Notes under the pieces: model-generated | What the model was told of the DNA's origin: nothing | What the model saw: the letters and a program-made list of their open reading frames with translations, nothing else | Databases searched by the model: none | Part shown: in pieces, positions 11,698 through 28,363 of the stretch | Numbering within the stretch: position 1 is the stretch's first letter | Layout: each line of letters starts with the position of its first letter | Made by a program: the position numbers and the translations under genes | Assembly (NCBI GenBank): GCA_963777505.1 | Contig: CAVZQN010000008.1 | Location: 480,001-544,000 of the forward strand | Direction: 5' to 3' | Length of the DNA: 64,000 nucleotides | Source of the DNA: an uncultured bacterium | GTDB lineage: Bacteria > Acidobacteriota > HRBIN11 > JAKEFK01

Positions 11698-14460
11698 TCA
11701 AGCGAGCGACAGCACGCGATCAGCACGTCCAGTCTTATTCAACCACTCGTCGTACGAAAATACCGCGGCCGGGCAATCCCCCAATAATTGACCGACATCA
11801 AGTTCCATAGGGCCGTCGATGAGTCGCGCATCGAGCGCACTGAAATCAGGCCAGTTCGCTCCGTCGCGCGTGAACGGTGCGAAATAACGCAACGTCACGA
11901 TGCAACATGCCCGTTCCCTGAACCGCCGGGAAAAGCGATCACGTGGTCCGAATGCCGGCCATCGACGCTCAGGGGGCCATAGCTTCCCAAAGCAAAGACC
12001 TCCGCGTGTCGCTGCCGAAGCTCGAGCAGGTGTCGCGTCCAGGCCAGCTTGGCGGTTCCATTCTTCCCAGTTCTCCGCGAATCCTACTCCTTTCCCGAGG
12101 CTTTCGCTCAGAATTCGCTGGCGCGCGCTGAAATCGACCGGTCGACGGTTGTCCGGATCGACCAGCGACAAATCCCAGAAGCTCGGTTCCCTGGTAGAAA
12201 TCGGGAACTCCGGGAACCGTGGCTTTCAGGGTGAGCTGGCTCAGGCTGTTGAGGGCGCCAATGCAGCGCCGTCCGCCTTGCGAAGGCTATCAAGGAATCC
12301 AGAAACTCGTCTGAACGCGTAGGATCGAGAATGCCGTCCACGAACGCAGCGATGCCCTGTTCATAGTCGACGTTCGGATTGAGCCAGCTCGAGTGCAGCT
12401 TTTCCTCGCGCACGGCCTTCTGCACGGATTGCTGAAACCTTTCGACAAAGCCGGTGGAGATTGCCTTCGAGCGGCCGCGCGCCGATCAACGCCTGATAGA
12501 TCATGTACTCGTCGACGATCGACGGACATCGCTGACCGCGCGCCTCGGTCACGTACCGCGCGTTGTGGGTCTTCCAGCGGCCCAGAGCGCCCGTCCAGTC
12601 GCCTGACAGTTCAGCGATCGCCAGAACGCGCATTCGCGCGTCCTCACCGCGCTTGGTGTCGTGAGTGCCGGTCGCTGTGAGGCCGTTCGGCCATTTCTTC
12701 GCGCGCTCGGACATGTGCGCGTGAAACGTCGCAAGCGGCAGCGGAGAGGCAGCGGGATTGCCGCCGACTTCATTGAGCGCCAGCAGCAGCGGAAAGCGAT
12801 AGAACGCCGTGTCTTCCAGCGACTTCGCCATCAGCGGCCCGGTGAACTGCTGAATCTTCGAAGCAAAGCGGCGAACCCGCGCACGGCTGTGCGGCGCCCG
12901 GCCGGGCGCAAGCAGATCGAGCGTCAGGGCATCGCGCAGGAAGTCGAAGATGCCGTCGTCCGCTGCAAACCAGTCGGCTTGCGCCTTTCGGATCGCCTCT
13001 TCGATCGTTTGCCGGTCGTCCTTGCCGACCGCGCGGCCGCGGATGTAGGTGCGGTAGATCGGAAAATGCACCACGAACAGCGCGAGTGCCTGCCGAAGGC
13101 TGTCTTCGGAAAAATCACGCGTCGAATGGTGTCCGGCGGCGATGCGCGCGAGAAGCCGGGCCAGGACGGTGAACTCGCTGACCAGCAGCGTTTCGAGCAC
13201 GCGGCGCTTCGACCTGATCAGCACAGGCTCGAACGACGGCGAGAGGTCGCTCGCCTGCCGCCAGATTTCCTTGAGTTCGGTGTGCCCTGCGGGAAACAGC
13301 AGCAGCTGACTGAAGTGGTTGAGCCACTCATAGCCGGTTGTGCCGTCGCAGCCTGCGAACGGGCGCAGCGTCTCGGACCTCGCCGAGAATCTTTTCGACC
13401 AGCACGACAAACGGGCGAGGGAAGGCGCCCTGCGCGCCGCGGATGAGCTGCCGCAGCCGCTGCAGGTATTGCGCCGGATCGTGCAGGCCGTCGATGTGAT
13501 CGATCCGCAGGCCCTGGATCTTGTCCTTGGCGATCAGGCTGCGCACCAGGCCATGGATGCTTTCGAACGTCTCGCGATCCTCGACGCGCAGTCCGGCAAG
13601 CGAGTTGACGTCGAAGAAGCGCCGGTAGTTGATGTCGCTGCCCGCCAGCCGCCAGTGCGACAGCCGGTAATGCTGTCGCTCCAGCAGATGATGCAGCGCC
13701 AGCGCCTGCGCGGAGCCGTTCTGGGCGCGATAGGCCTCGAGACCTTGGCGATGACTCGCCCGCCGTCGGGCGATGCCCGCAAGCGCCTGCTTGAGCTGCG
13801 GCGCTCTTTTTCGGTCCGGATTGTTTGGACCGCTGTACTTCGGGCCAGGTCCAGCAGCGCCGCGCCTGCGGCGCTGTCTTCGGCCCGCGCGGCGGCAACG
13901 ATCGTCCGCAGGAGCTCGCTGTATCGGACCGGCGCGATGGGCAGCTTGTGTTCGTAGTACCAGGCGCTGAACGCACCGGCCTGCGCGTCGTAGCGGAGCT
14001 CGATCTGGCCCTCGTTGAGCGCCTCGCCATAGGATGCGCCGAGGATCGGCAACAGCAGGCCGGGCTTTCGCCGGTGGGGCAGCATGTCCCAGTCGATATC
14101 GAACGACTTCGCGTGGCGTGACTTCGGTCCCCATTCGAGCACGTCGAGCCACCAGGCATTGTCGGAATAGTGCACGCCCATGTGGTTCGGGACGAAATCG
14201 AGGATCAGGCCGAGGCCGTTGCTCTTCAGCGCTGCACTGAGCGTTTCGAAACCGGCCTCGCCGCCGAGTTCGGGATTGAACGCGTTGTGGTCGACGACGT
14301 CATAGCCGTGCGTGCTGCCGCTGCGCGCGCGCATGAAGGGCGACGCATAGACATGGGTGATCCCGAGTGACTTGAGATAGGGTACGACCGCTGCGGCCTG
14401 CTCGAAGCCGAAATCCTGCGTGAGTTGCAGCCGGTAAGTGGCGGAGGCGGTGAGCGGCAT
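11698..14460 (-). CDS. treY: Malto-oligosyltrehalose synthase (several frameshifts)
   Basis: ATYRLQ, GSTHGYDVVD, DFVPNHM, INYRRFFDVN, GLRIDHIDGL, VEKIL, GTTGYE, THDTKRGED and SLVDPDNRRPVDF occur in order across ORF fragments. Confidence 0.9.
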
Positions 14461-16222
14461 CACGCATCTCCAATGGCCCAGAAGACCGACCATGGCGGCA
14501 GTCGTTCGGGCGCCTGTCCGCCCCAGATCGCTCGCCCGCGGAACGCCGCGTGACCGCGCGTCGTCGCTTGATCGGAGAGGTTTGCAACCAGCGCCAGCAA
14601 GGCATCGTCGCCAAGCCGCCATTGCGCGGTCAGGACGTTGGCTTGCTGGAATTCCGCATGGCCAAACGATGCGCCGGCGAGCCGTGGGACGACTTCGACC
14701 GGCGCACGGCGACGAGCGCCTTGACCAGACGGTGCCGTTCGCGGCCGGCGTCGTCGCGCTCCGCCCAGTTGAGCTTTGCGGCTTCGAACGTGGCTCGGCC
14801 AGCGGATCCGGCACCTCGTCGCCGAAGGTCTCGTAGGCTTCCGCGAACTCCCTGCGACGCCCCTGACGGATCGCTTCGGCAAGATCGCCGCCGAAGTCGC
14901 AGAAGAAGGGAAAGGGCGTCGGGCGCCCCATTCCTCGCCCATGAACAGCATCGGCGGCATCGGCGCGATCAGCGTGATCGCCAGCGCTGCTTCGATCGCA
15001 GCGGGATCGGCGGACCATTCCAGCCGGTCGCCGAGCGCGCGGTTGCCGATCTGGTCGTGGTTTTGCAGGAAGTTGACGAAAGCTCCGGGGGGCGAGAGAT
15101 TTCGGACCGGCTCGCCGCGCGTCTTGCCGTTCCGATGCGCGGACGCCTCGCCCTGATAGGCAAAGCCGTGCGCCAGCATGCGCGCGACCATCTTCTTCGG
15201 TTTGCGCGCGTAGTCCGTGTAGTAGCCGTGGGTTTCGCCGGTCAGCAGCACGTGCCAGGCGTGGTGATAGTCGTCGTTCCATTGCGCGCGATACCGGCCG
15301 GGCGACATTGGGGTCCGGATCGAGCAGCGATGCACGGTTGTCGTCGTTTTCAAGGACGAGATGGATGTGGCGGTCCGTCTTGCGCGCGACCGATCCGACC
15401 GCGTTGCTCAACTCTTCCAGCATCGTCAGTCCGCCCGGCTCATGGATCGCGTGGACGGCGTCGAGGCGCAGGCCGTCGAAACGATAGTTCTCGATCCAGT
15501 GCAGGGCGTTTTCGATCGCGAACGCCTTCACTTCCGGCACGGAGTAGTCGATCGCCGAACCCCAGGGCGTCGCCGCGCTGGTGAAGAAAGCGGCGCGTAG
15601 CGTCCAAGGTAGTTTCCCTCCGGGCCGAAGTGATTGTAGACGACGTCGAGAAAAACCATGATGTTGCGCGAGTGCGCCGCATCGATGAATTGCTTGAGTT
15701 CGTCCGGCGAGCCATAGGTGTGGTCGGGCGCATACCAGAGCACGCCGTCGTAACCCCAGTTCCAACGGCCGGGAAAATCGGCGATCGGCATCAGTTCGAT
15801 CGCCGTGATGCCGGTATCTGCGATGTGATCGAGCCTGTCGATCAGCCCGCGCCAGGTGCCTTCTGGCGAAAACGTGCCGACGTGGCATTCGAGCAGGACG
15901 GTTTCATGCCACGGCCGTCCGCGCCAATCCGTTGCGCGCCAGCGGTAGGCGGCGTGATCGACGATTTGGCTCGGTCCGTCGACGTCTGCAGGCTGGAATG
16001 CCGATGCCGGATCGGGAATTTCCAGCTCATTGTCGATCCGGAAACGATACAGCGCTCCGCTCGGCAGGCCTCGAACGCCAGCGGTGAACCAGCCGTCATC
16101 CGACCGCTTCATGACGTGGGGCGTTCCTTCGATCAGCGCTTCGGCCTTTTGCGCAGCCGGCGCCCACAGCGGAACGTCGCGCCGTCGGCGGTGAGTTCGG
16201 GACCGAAGCGGCGCGAGGTCAC
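14460..16222 (-). CDS. treZ: Malto-oligosyltrehalose trehalohydrolase (frameshifted)
   Basis: PDPAS, HVGTFS.EGT, NWGYDGV, DVVYNHFGPEGNYL, DGLRLDAVHAI, QWNDDYHH, QNHDQIGNR, LFMGEEW; GTG start overlaps the glgX stop. Confidence 0.9.
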
Positions 16223-18288
16223 GGCACGCTCTCCAGCACGATGACGCTGCGCGGAGCAGCTTTCAGCTTTGCCCCTGGAGCATGCGATGTCGCGCAAACC
16301 GGATCTCGCGCAGTGTCCAGCAGAAGCTTCCAGCTGGAATTGTCCGCCAGCTTCGGCATGCTGAATTCGATTGGCTCCTGCGCCGCGTTCAACGCAATAT
16401 AGAGTGTAGGGCCGCTGCCGACGGGGCCGAGGGCGTAGGCCAGAAACCGGCCCTCGTGAAAATTCCAGTCAGCCTCGGTCATTTCGCTCGCCTGCGGCGT
16501 CAGCCACAACACGCCGAACGCGCCGTCGGATTTCTTGCCGCTGACCCAGTGACGCTGCGTCAATTGCGGGAAACGCTTGCGCAGCGTGGTGAGCCGACCG
16601 ACGAAGTCGGTCATGTCGTCGTCCGGCTTGCCGAGAGTGGACCAGTCGATCCAGCCGATCTCGTTATCCTGACAGTAGGCGTTGTTGTTGCCGGCCTGGC
16701 TGTTGCCGACCTCGTCGCCGGCAAGCAAGAGCGGGACGCCCTGCGCCAGCATCAGGCAGGCCAGCTGGTTCTTTCGCAGTTGCCGCCGCAGCGCGACGAT
16801 CGCGGCGTCGTCGGTCGGGCCTTCGTGGCCGCAGTTGGTGCCCAGATTGTCGTTGGAGCCATCGCGATTGTCCTCGCCATTGGCTTCGTTGTGCTTGGCG
16901 TCATACGCGTACAGGTCGGCCAGGGTGAAGCCGTCATGAACGGTGACGTGGTTGATGCTCGCACGTGGCGACCGGCTGTCGTGATCGAAGACGTCTGCGG
17001 AGCCGGTCATCCGGCGGCCCACGTCGCCGATCAGGTTGCCGTCGCCGCGCCAGTAGCGGCGCAAGGTCTGGCGATACCGGTCGTTCCATTCCGACCACTG
17101 CGAAGGAAAGCCGCCGACCTGATAGCCGCCAGCGCCAATGTCCCACGGCTCGGCGACCAGCTTGACGGTTGCGAGTACCGGGTCCTGCCGGACTGCGTCG
17201 AAGAACGAACTGTGCCGATCGTAGCCGTTTGGCCCGCGCGCGAGTGTCGTGGCAAGGTCGAAACGAAAGCCGTCGATCTGGAACATTTCCACCCAATAGC
17301 GCAGCGAATCCATCACCATCTGGAGAACACGGGTATTGGTGAGGTTCAGCGAATTTCCACAGCCGGTGAAGTCGTCGTAGTAGCGCCCGCTTCCCGGGGT
17401 GAGCCAGTAGTAGGATGCGTTGTCGATACCGCGAAACGAGAGGGTGGGACCAAGATGGTTGCCCTCGGCGGTGTGATTGTAGACGACGTCAAGCAGCACC
17501 TCGAAGCCGGCGTCATGCAGCCGCGCGATCGCGGTGCGAAATTCAGCCAGTGCGCCGTTCTGCGCGTAGCGCGGCTCCGGCGCGAAATACGCGATCGAGT
17601 TGTATCCCCAGTAGTTCGTCAGCTTGCGCTCGACCAGTTGCCGATCGTCGACAAATCCATGCACCGGCAGGAGTTCGATCGTGGTGACGCCGAGGCGCTT
17701 GTAGTGATCGATCATGGCCGGTGCGGCGAGCGCCCGGTAGCCGCCCTGCAACGCGGGCGGAACGTCCGGGTGCGTCTTCGTCAGGCCTTTGACATGGGCC
17801 TCATAGATGATCGTCTCTTCCCACGGGATGCGCGGACGCGGCTCTCGGCGGCCAGATGAAGGTTTCATCGACGACGACTGCCTTGGGCATGCCGCGCGCG
17901 TTGTCGCGCCGGTCGAACGAGAGGTCCTCGCGGGGGCTGCCGGTGCGATAGCCGAAATGCGCATCGCTCCAGACCAGCCGGCCGGCCAGCCGCTTGGCGT
18001 AAGGGTCGAGCAGCAGTTTGTTGGCGTTGAACCTGTGACCCTTCTCGGGATCATACGGCCCGTGCACGCGATAGCCGTAGAGTTGGCCCGGCGTCACGTC
18101 GGCGAAGTATCCGTGCCAGACATCCTCGGTCCGTTCGGGCAACGTCACGCGGTCGATCTCGCGGCGGCCCTGACCGTCGAAAAGGCAAAGCTCGACCTTC
18201 TCCGCGTGCGCAGAGAACAGTGCGAAGTTTGTTCCGCGGCCATCCCATGCCGCCCCGAGCGGGGTCGGTGATCCCTCCGAAAGCCGCA

Positions 18289-18292
<4 letters not shown>
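16219..18292 (-). CDS. glgX: Glycogen debranching enzyme (one frameshift near 17850)
   Basis: [77 protein letters not shown]. Confidence 0.93.
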
Positions 18293-23733
<5,441 letters not shown>

Positions 23734-25712
23734 TCAAGCGATGCAGCGGAACAGCAGCGCCGGATCGCGCAGCGGATCGATGCGAAGGTGGACGCCGCCC
23801 CATTCGATCGGACGGCGCTCGCTGGTGATCAGGTTCTCGAGCGCCAATGGCGGGCGACGGCCGTCCGCCGTCTCGGTCTCGATCCCGGCCAGCGGCAGCC
23901 AGAATTCCTGCACGTCGCGCGACAGCGCGATCGCCACGACGACGATGTTGTCGGCCTTCGCATCCTGCTTGGCGAAAGCGATGACGTCGCCGTTCTCGAC
24001 CGGCAGAAAACGCAGGTTGCGCGTCTGCAGCAGCGCGGGGTTGGTCGCGACGCGCCTGGTTCAAGTGCGGTGATGTACGGCTTGATGTTGCCGGGCTTGT
24101 TCCAGTCCCGCGTCTTGATCTCGTACTTCTCGGAATTCGAGATACTCTTCGCGGCCGGGAATCGGCTGGTGCTCGAGCAGTTCGAAGCCGTTGTAGATGC
24201 CGTAGTTGCTCGACAGCGTCGCGGCGAGCGCGAGGCGCGACTTGAACATCCACGGCTCGCCGCCCTGCAGGTGCCAGGGAAGGATATCCGGCGTGCTGAC
24301 GAAGAAATTCGGCCGGTAGTAGTCGCGCTCGGGATAGCCGGTCAGTTCGTTCAGGTACGCTTCGATCTCCCACTTCTGGGTTCGCCAGGTGAAGTAGGTG
24401 TACGACTGCGTGAAGCCGAGCTTCGCCAGGCCCTTCATCAGCTTCGGCCGCGTGAAGGCTTCGGCGAGGAAGATCACGCCGGGATCGCGCGACTGCACCT
24501 CGTGAATCAGCCACTCCCAGAAATTGAACGGCTTGGTGTGCGGGTTGTCGATGCGGAAGATGCGCACGCCCGTGATCGACCCAGAACAGGATGACGTCGC
24601 GCAACGCATTCCAGAGCGAGCCGGCGTCGTCGCAGCTGAAATCGGGATTGACGATGTCCTCGTACTTCTTCGGCGGGTTCTCCGCATAGCGCATCGAACC
24701 GTCGGGGCGGCGCTTGAACCACTCCGGATGCTCGCGCAGCCAGGGATGATCGGGCGAGCATTGCACGGCGACGTCGAGCGCGATTTCCAATCTGGTGCTG
24801 CTTGCAGGCTTCGACCAGTGCGCGGAAATCGTCGAGCGTGCCGAGTTCGGGATGCACGGCGGTGTGGCCGCCTGCTGCCGATCCGATCGCATAGAAGCTG
24901 CCGGGATCGCCGGGCGCGGCCTTGAGCGCGTTGTTGCGGCCCTTGCGGTTGGTGATGCCGATCGGATGGATCGGCGTGAAATAGAGGACGTCGAAGCCCA
25001 TGGCCGCGATGTCCGGCAGGCGGTCGATGCAGTCGCGGAATGTGCCGTGCTTGCCGGGGTCGCGCTCTGGCTGCGCGGCACCATTTCGTACCAGGCGGAG
25101 GCGACCGCGCGATCGCGGTCGATCACCAGCGGAAACAGCCGCGACCGGGTCAGGTCCGGCCGCTCCTGGCTCGATGTCAGGGCAGCGGCGAGGTCATCGG
25201 TCAGCAGCGCCTCGACGTTTCCGCTTTGCGAGGTAGCTGTCGAGCTGCTGGCGGATGAACCGCGACGTACCTTCGTCGGCATGGATCGGCAGCGCCAGCA
25301 GCGCGGCGCCTTCCAGTGCGTCGAGGCTGACATCCTGACCGGCCTTCGCCTTGAGTTCGAACCCGTGCTTCCAGGTTGCGAAGGTATCGGTCCAGGCTTC
25401 GATCGCGTACTCGTAGCGGCCGGGCTCGGCAGGGGTGAAGCGCGCGATCCAGCGGTCGTTGTCATTGAGCGTCATCGGCATCCGCAGCCACTGCGAGGCT
25501 TTCTCCTTGCGCCAGACGAGTTGGGCCGCCACCACGTCGTGGCCGCTGCGGTAGATGTCGGCCCAGACCTCGATCGCCTCGCCCGCGACCCGTTTGACCG
25601 GATACCGCCCGCATTCGATGGAAGGGTAGACGTCCTCAATGTGGAAGGCGCCTGCGGTTGCGCCGCGTTCGCCAGGCCGCAAGGCCAAATTCTTCTGTGC
25701 TGACACAGACAT
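23734..25712 (-). CDS. glgE: Alpha-1,4-glucan:maltose-1-phosphate maltosyltransferase (frameshifted)
   Basis: N-terminal ADIYRSGHD domain, [66 protein letters not shown]. Confidence 0.92.
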
Positions 25713-25746
25713 GGACGCTGCCTACGGTGATCTTCCCCGCCATAAC

Positions 25747-25771
25747 AAGGCACGCCGGCAGCAAAAGTTCC
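25747..25771 (-). promoter_or_regulatory. Probable divergent EcfG promoter for the glgE-treS-glgB-glgX-treZ-treY-glgP operon
   Basis: Minus strand GGAAC-TTTTGCTGCCGGCGTGCC-TT (GGAAC-N18-TT), about 35 nt before the glgE ATG; the -10 element is imperfect. Confidence 0.55.
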
Positions 25772-25774
25772 AAT

Positions 25775-25800
25775 GGAACAAACGCCGTGTGGATCACGTT
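25775..25800 (+). promoter_or_regulatory. EcfG (sigmaT/RpoE2, ECF15) general-stress promoter upstream of malQ
   Basis: Exact GGAAC-N17-CGTT (25775-25779, 25797-25800), about 75 nt before the malQ start. Confidence 0.8.
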
Positions 25801-25873
25801 GAAACTGCTCTGCCAACCATTTTGCCGACAGCGGCCAGCTGCTTCGGCCGCAGCGATATGCCGGGATCACCAA

Positions 25874-27808
25874 TTGGACATTCAAGCCGAAGCGCACGCA
25901 GCCGGTGTCCTGACTGAGTACCACGATGCGCGCGGTCATCATCGGCAGGTGCCGGTCGAGGTGCTTGCACGCGTCATCGCGGCGCTGCCGCGGGCCCGAT
26001 GCGGCGGCGCCGATCGTTCTTCGTACCGATCGCGACGATGCGAATTTCTCGCTGGAGTCTTGGCGCCGCACGCGCGATGGCGGTTTCTGGAAGGACGATC
26101 GTTGCATGGTCGCAGGAGGGCGCGGCTCCCATCCGCGGACTGCAGCTCCGGATCGGCGTCTATCGTCTGGAGATCGACCGGAATGACGCGCCGCGCGTGC
26201 CCGAACGATCGTCGTTGCACCGGCAACGGCCTTTCAGGGCGAATTCGACCGGGTCTGGGTGCTGGCCGTCCAGCTTTACAGCCTTCGTTCGGACAGCAAC
26301 TGGGGCATCGGCGATTTCAGCTGACCTGAAACGGCTGATCGAGGTTGTACGTTACCGCTCGGCTGCGCCGGGATCGGGCTCAATCCGCTGCATGCGTTGT
26401 TCGACGACGAGCCGGCGAATTGCAGTCCGTACGCTCCGAACAGCCGGCTGTTCCTCAATCCGGTCTATATCGACGTCGCGGCCATCCCGGAGTTTGCCGG
26501 CGCCGATCGCGAACTGCGCGAGAGCGTCGATCGGGAAAAAGAGCGTGAACTCATCGACTACGAGGTGGTCTGGCGCAGCAAGCTTCGGGCGCTGCGGCAC
26601 GCCTTCGAGAATTTCAAGGCGCACGGTTCGAGCAGAAGGTCCGAGGCGTTCGAAGCCTTTCGGCGGGAGCGTGGTTCTCTGCTCATGCGCTTCTCCTGCT
26701 TCGAAACCCTTCGCAAGCAGTTCAGAAGGCCATGGTGGGAATGGCCGCAGCAGTACCGTCAGCCGGACGATGCTGTCATTCGAAGAGTGCCGATCAGGCG
26801 ACCTTCGCGCGGATATGGAGTTTGTTGAGTACCTGCAGTGGAACGCGCATACGCAATTGCAGGCGTGCACTGATCTCGCCGCAGAAGGCGGAATGAAGGT
26901 CGGACTCTATCTCGATGTCGCCGTAGGGGTGCGCGCCGACGGCTTCGATGCCTGGCTCGAACAGAACGCAATCTCGCGCGAGCTTTCGGTCGGCGCGCCG
27001 CCCGATCTGCTCAACGTCGCAGGGCAGGATTGGGGGCTGTCGGGGTTTAACGGCTCGGGACTTTCCGCGCGGCGTTTTGAGCCCTTTCGCGCCATGATCG
27101 CAGCATCCGCACGATACGCCGGAGCCATTCGCCTGGACCATGTTCTCGGTCTCGGCCGGCTTTATCTCGTGCCGTCGGGATTTTCACCGAAGGACGGCGC
27201 CTACGTCCAGATGCCGCTGGACGCGCTGCTGGGCGTCACCGCTCTGGAAAGCCGGTCGAGCCGCTGCATCATCGTGGGCGAGGATCTGGGCACCGTTCCG
27301 GATGGCTTCCGCGAAAAACTGAGTGAGTGGGGCATCTGGTCCTACAAGGTCATGATGTTCGAGCGGGAATGGGACGGCGCTTTCAAGTCCGCCGGATCAG
27401 TATCCGCCGCAATCACTCGTGACGTTCAACACACATGATTTGCCGCCCTATGCGGGGTGGCGCGACGGTCACGATCTCCGCGTCAAACGCGAAATCGGCG
27501 TCGATCCCGGCGAAAGCGATGACGAGCGCCGCCAGGCTATCGGCGCCCTCGCGGCAGCGCTGTCGAAAGGCGGGCTTGAGGGTCGCGACTTCCCGGCCGT
27601 TGTCGAGTCTTTGGGACGGGCAGGGTCGCGCATACTGTCCGTATCACTCGACGACATTGTCGGCGTTGTAGAGCAGATCAACGTTCCCGGCACAGTCGAT
27701 ATCCACCCGAACTGGCGGCGCCGGTTGGACAAGCCAATCGCGAGCCTCGATGCGCTTGCGCGTTTGGGCCAGGTCGCCGTGGTGTTGCAACGCAGGAAGG
27801 GTGCTTGA
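25874..27808 (+). CDS. malQ: 4-alpha-glucanotransferase (amylomaltase), frameshifted
   Basis: WVLAVQLYSLRS, NCSPYAPNSRLFLNP, GLYLDVAVG, GAPPD...GQDWG, IRLDHVLGL, IVGEDLG, NTHDLP, QINVPGT...PNWRR; probable TTG start at 25874. Confidence 0.9.
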
Positions 27809-27833
27809 GGCGCAAACGACCGCAAGCGCCCGT

Positions 27834-27983
27834 TTACCGTGACGGTTTTGCGATCCGCTTTGCCAACGTCGCCACCAAAGAGACCATCCCCGCAAGACCG
27901 AGCGCCCCGACAAGCCACTTCCAGCGGCTCGCTGGCGGCGGGTCGTCGATACCAGGGCGGTATTTGATTGGTTTTCGAAGCAT
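27834..27983 (-). CDS. Small single-TM protein (49 aa), probably general-stress induced
   Basis: MLRKPIKYRPGIDDPPPASRWKWLVGALGLAGMVSLVATLAKRIAKPSR; RBS GGAGGG; GGAAC-N16-GATT upstream. Confidence 0.6.
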   Translation of the reverse strand: MLRKPIKYRPGIDDPPPASRWKWLVGALGLAGMVSLVATLAKRIAKPSR

Positions 27984-28002
27984 GATCCCCTCCATGAGGG
28001 GC

Positions 28003-28027
28003 AATCGTCGATACCTCATTGTGTTCC
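28003..28027 (-). promoter_or_regulatory. EcfG-like promoter for the 49-aa protein
   Basis: Minus strand GGAAC-ACAATGAGGTATCGAC-GATT directly upstream of the RBS. Confidence 0.55.
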
Positions 28028-28177
28028 ACAGCTGAGGGAAATGTTTGGCGCTGCTTCGGGTGGTCTCGGCCAGCCGCGGCTGTGCCAATGCGCGCGTACG
28101 GAAAAACTCGTACGCCTGACAAGGGAGCTGGGTGCTATCCAAATGATTATTCGCCCGTCAAAACTGGAGGGTTGAAC

Positions 28178-28242
28178 ATGTCATTCGGGCTAATCGGAAT
28201 TCCATTGCCGATCATCTGCTGCTGGCGCTGTTCGGGAACTAG
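28178..28242 (+). CDS. ~21-aa hydrophobic microprotein (needs +1 nt)
   Basis: GGAGG RBS, then ATG TCA TTC GGG CTA ATC GGA ATT CCA TTG CCG ATC ATC [C]TG CTG CTG GCG CTG TTC GGG AAC TAG = MSFGLIGIPLPIILLLALFGN. Confidence 0.5.
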
Positions 28243-28363
28243 ATCCTGCGTCTCGCGGTCACGCCTGAGTTCAAGCGGATGGATCGCCGCGAATTGAGAT
28301 TTGCGCACCCCGTCAGCAATCACGGGGTACTTCACGTTGGGGCTTGCTTGAAACCTTGAAAGG

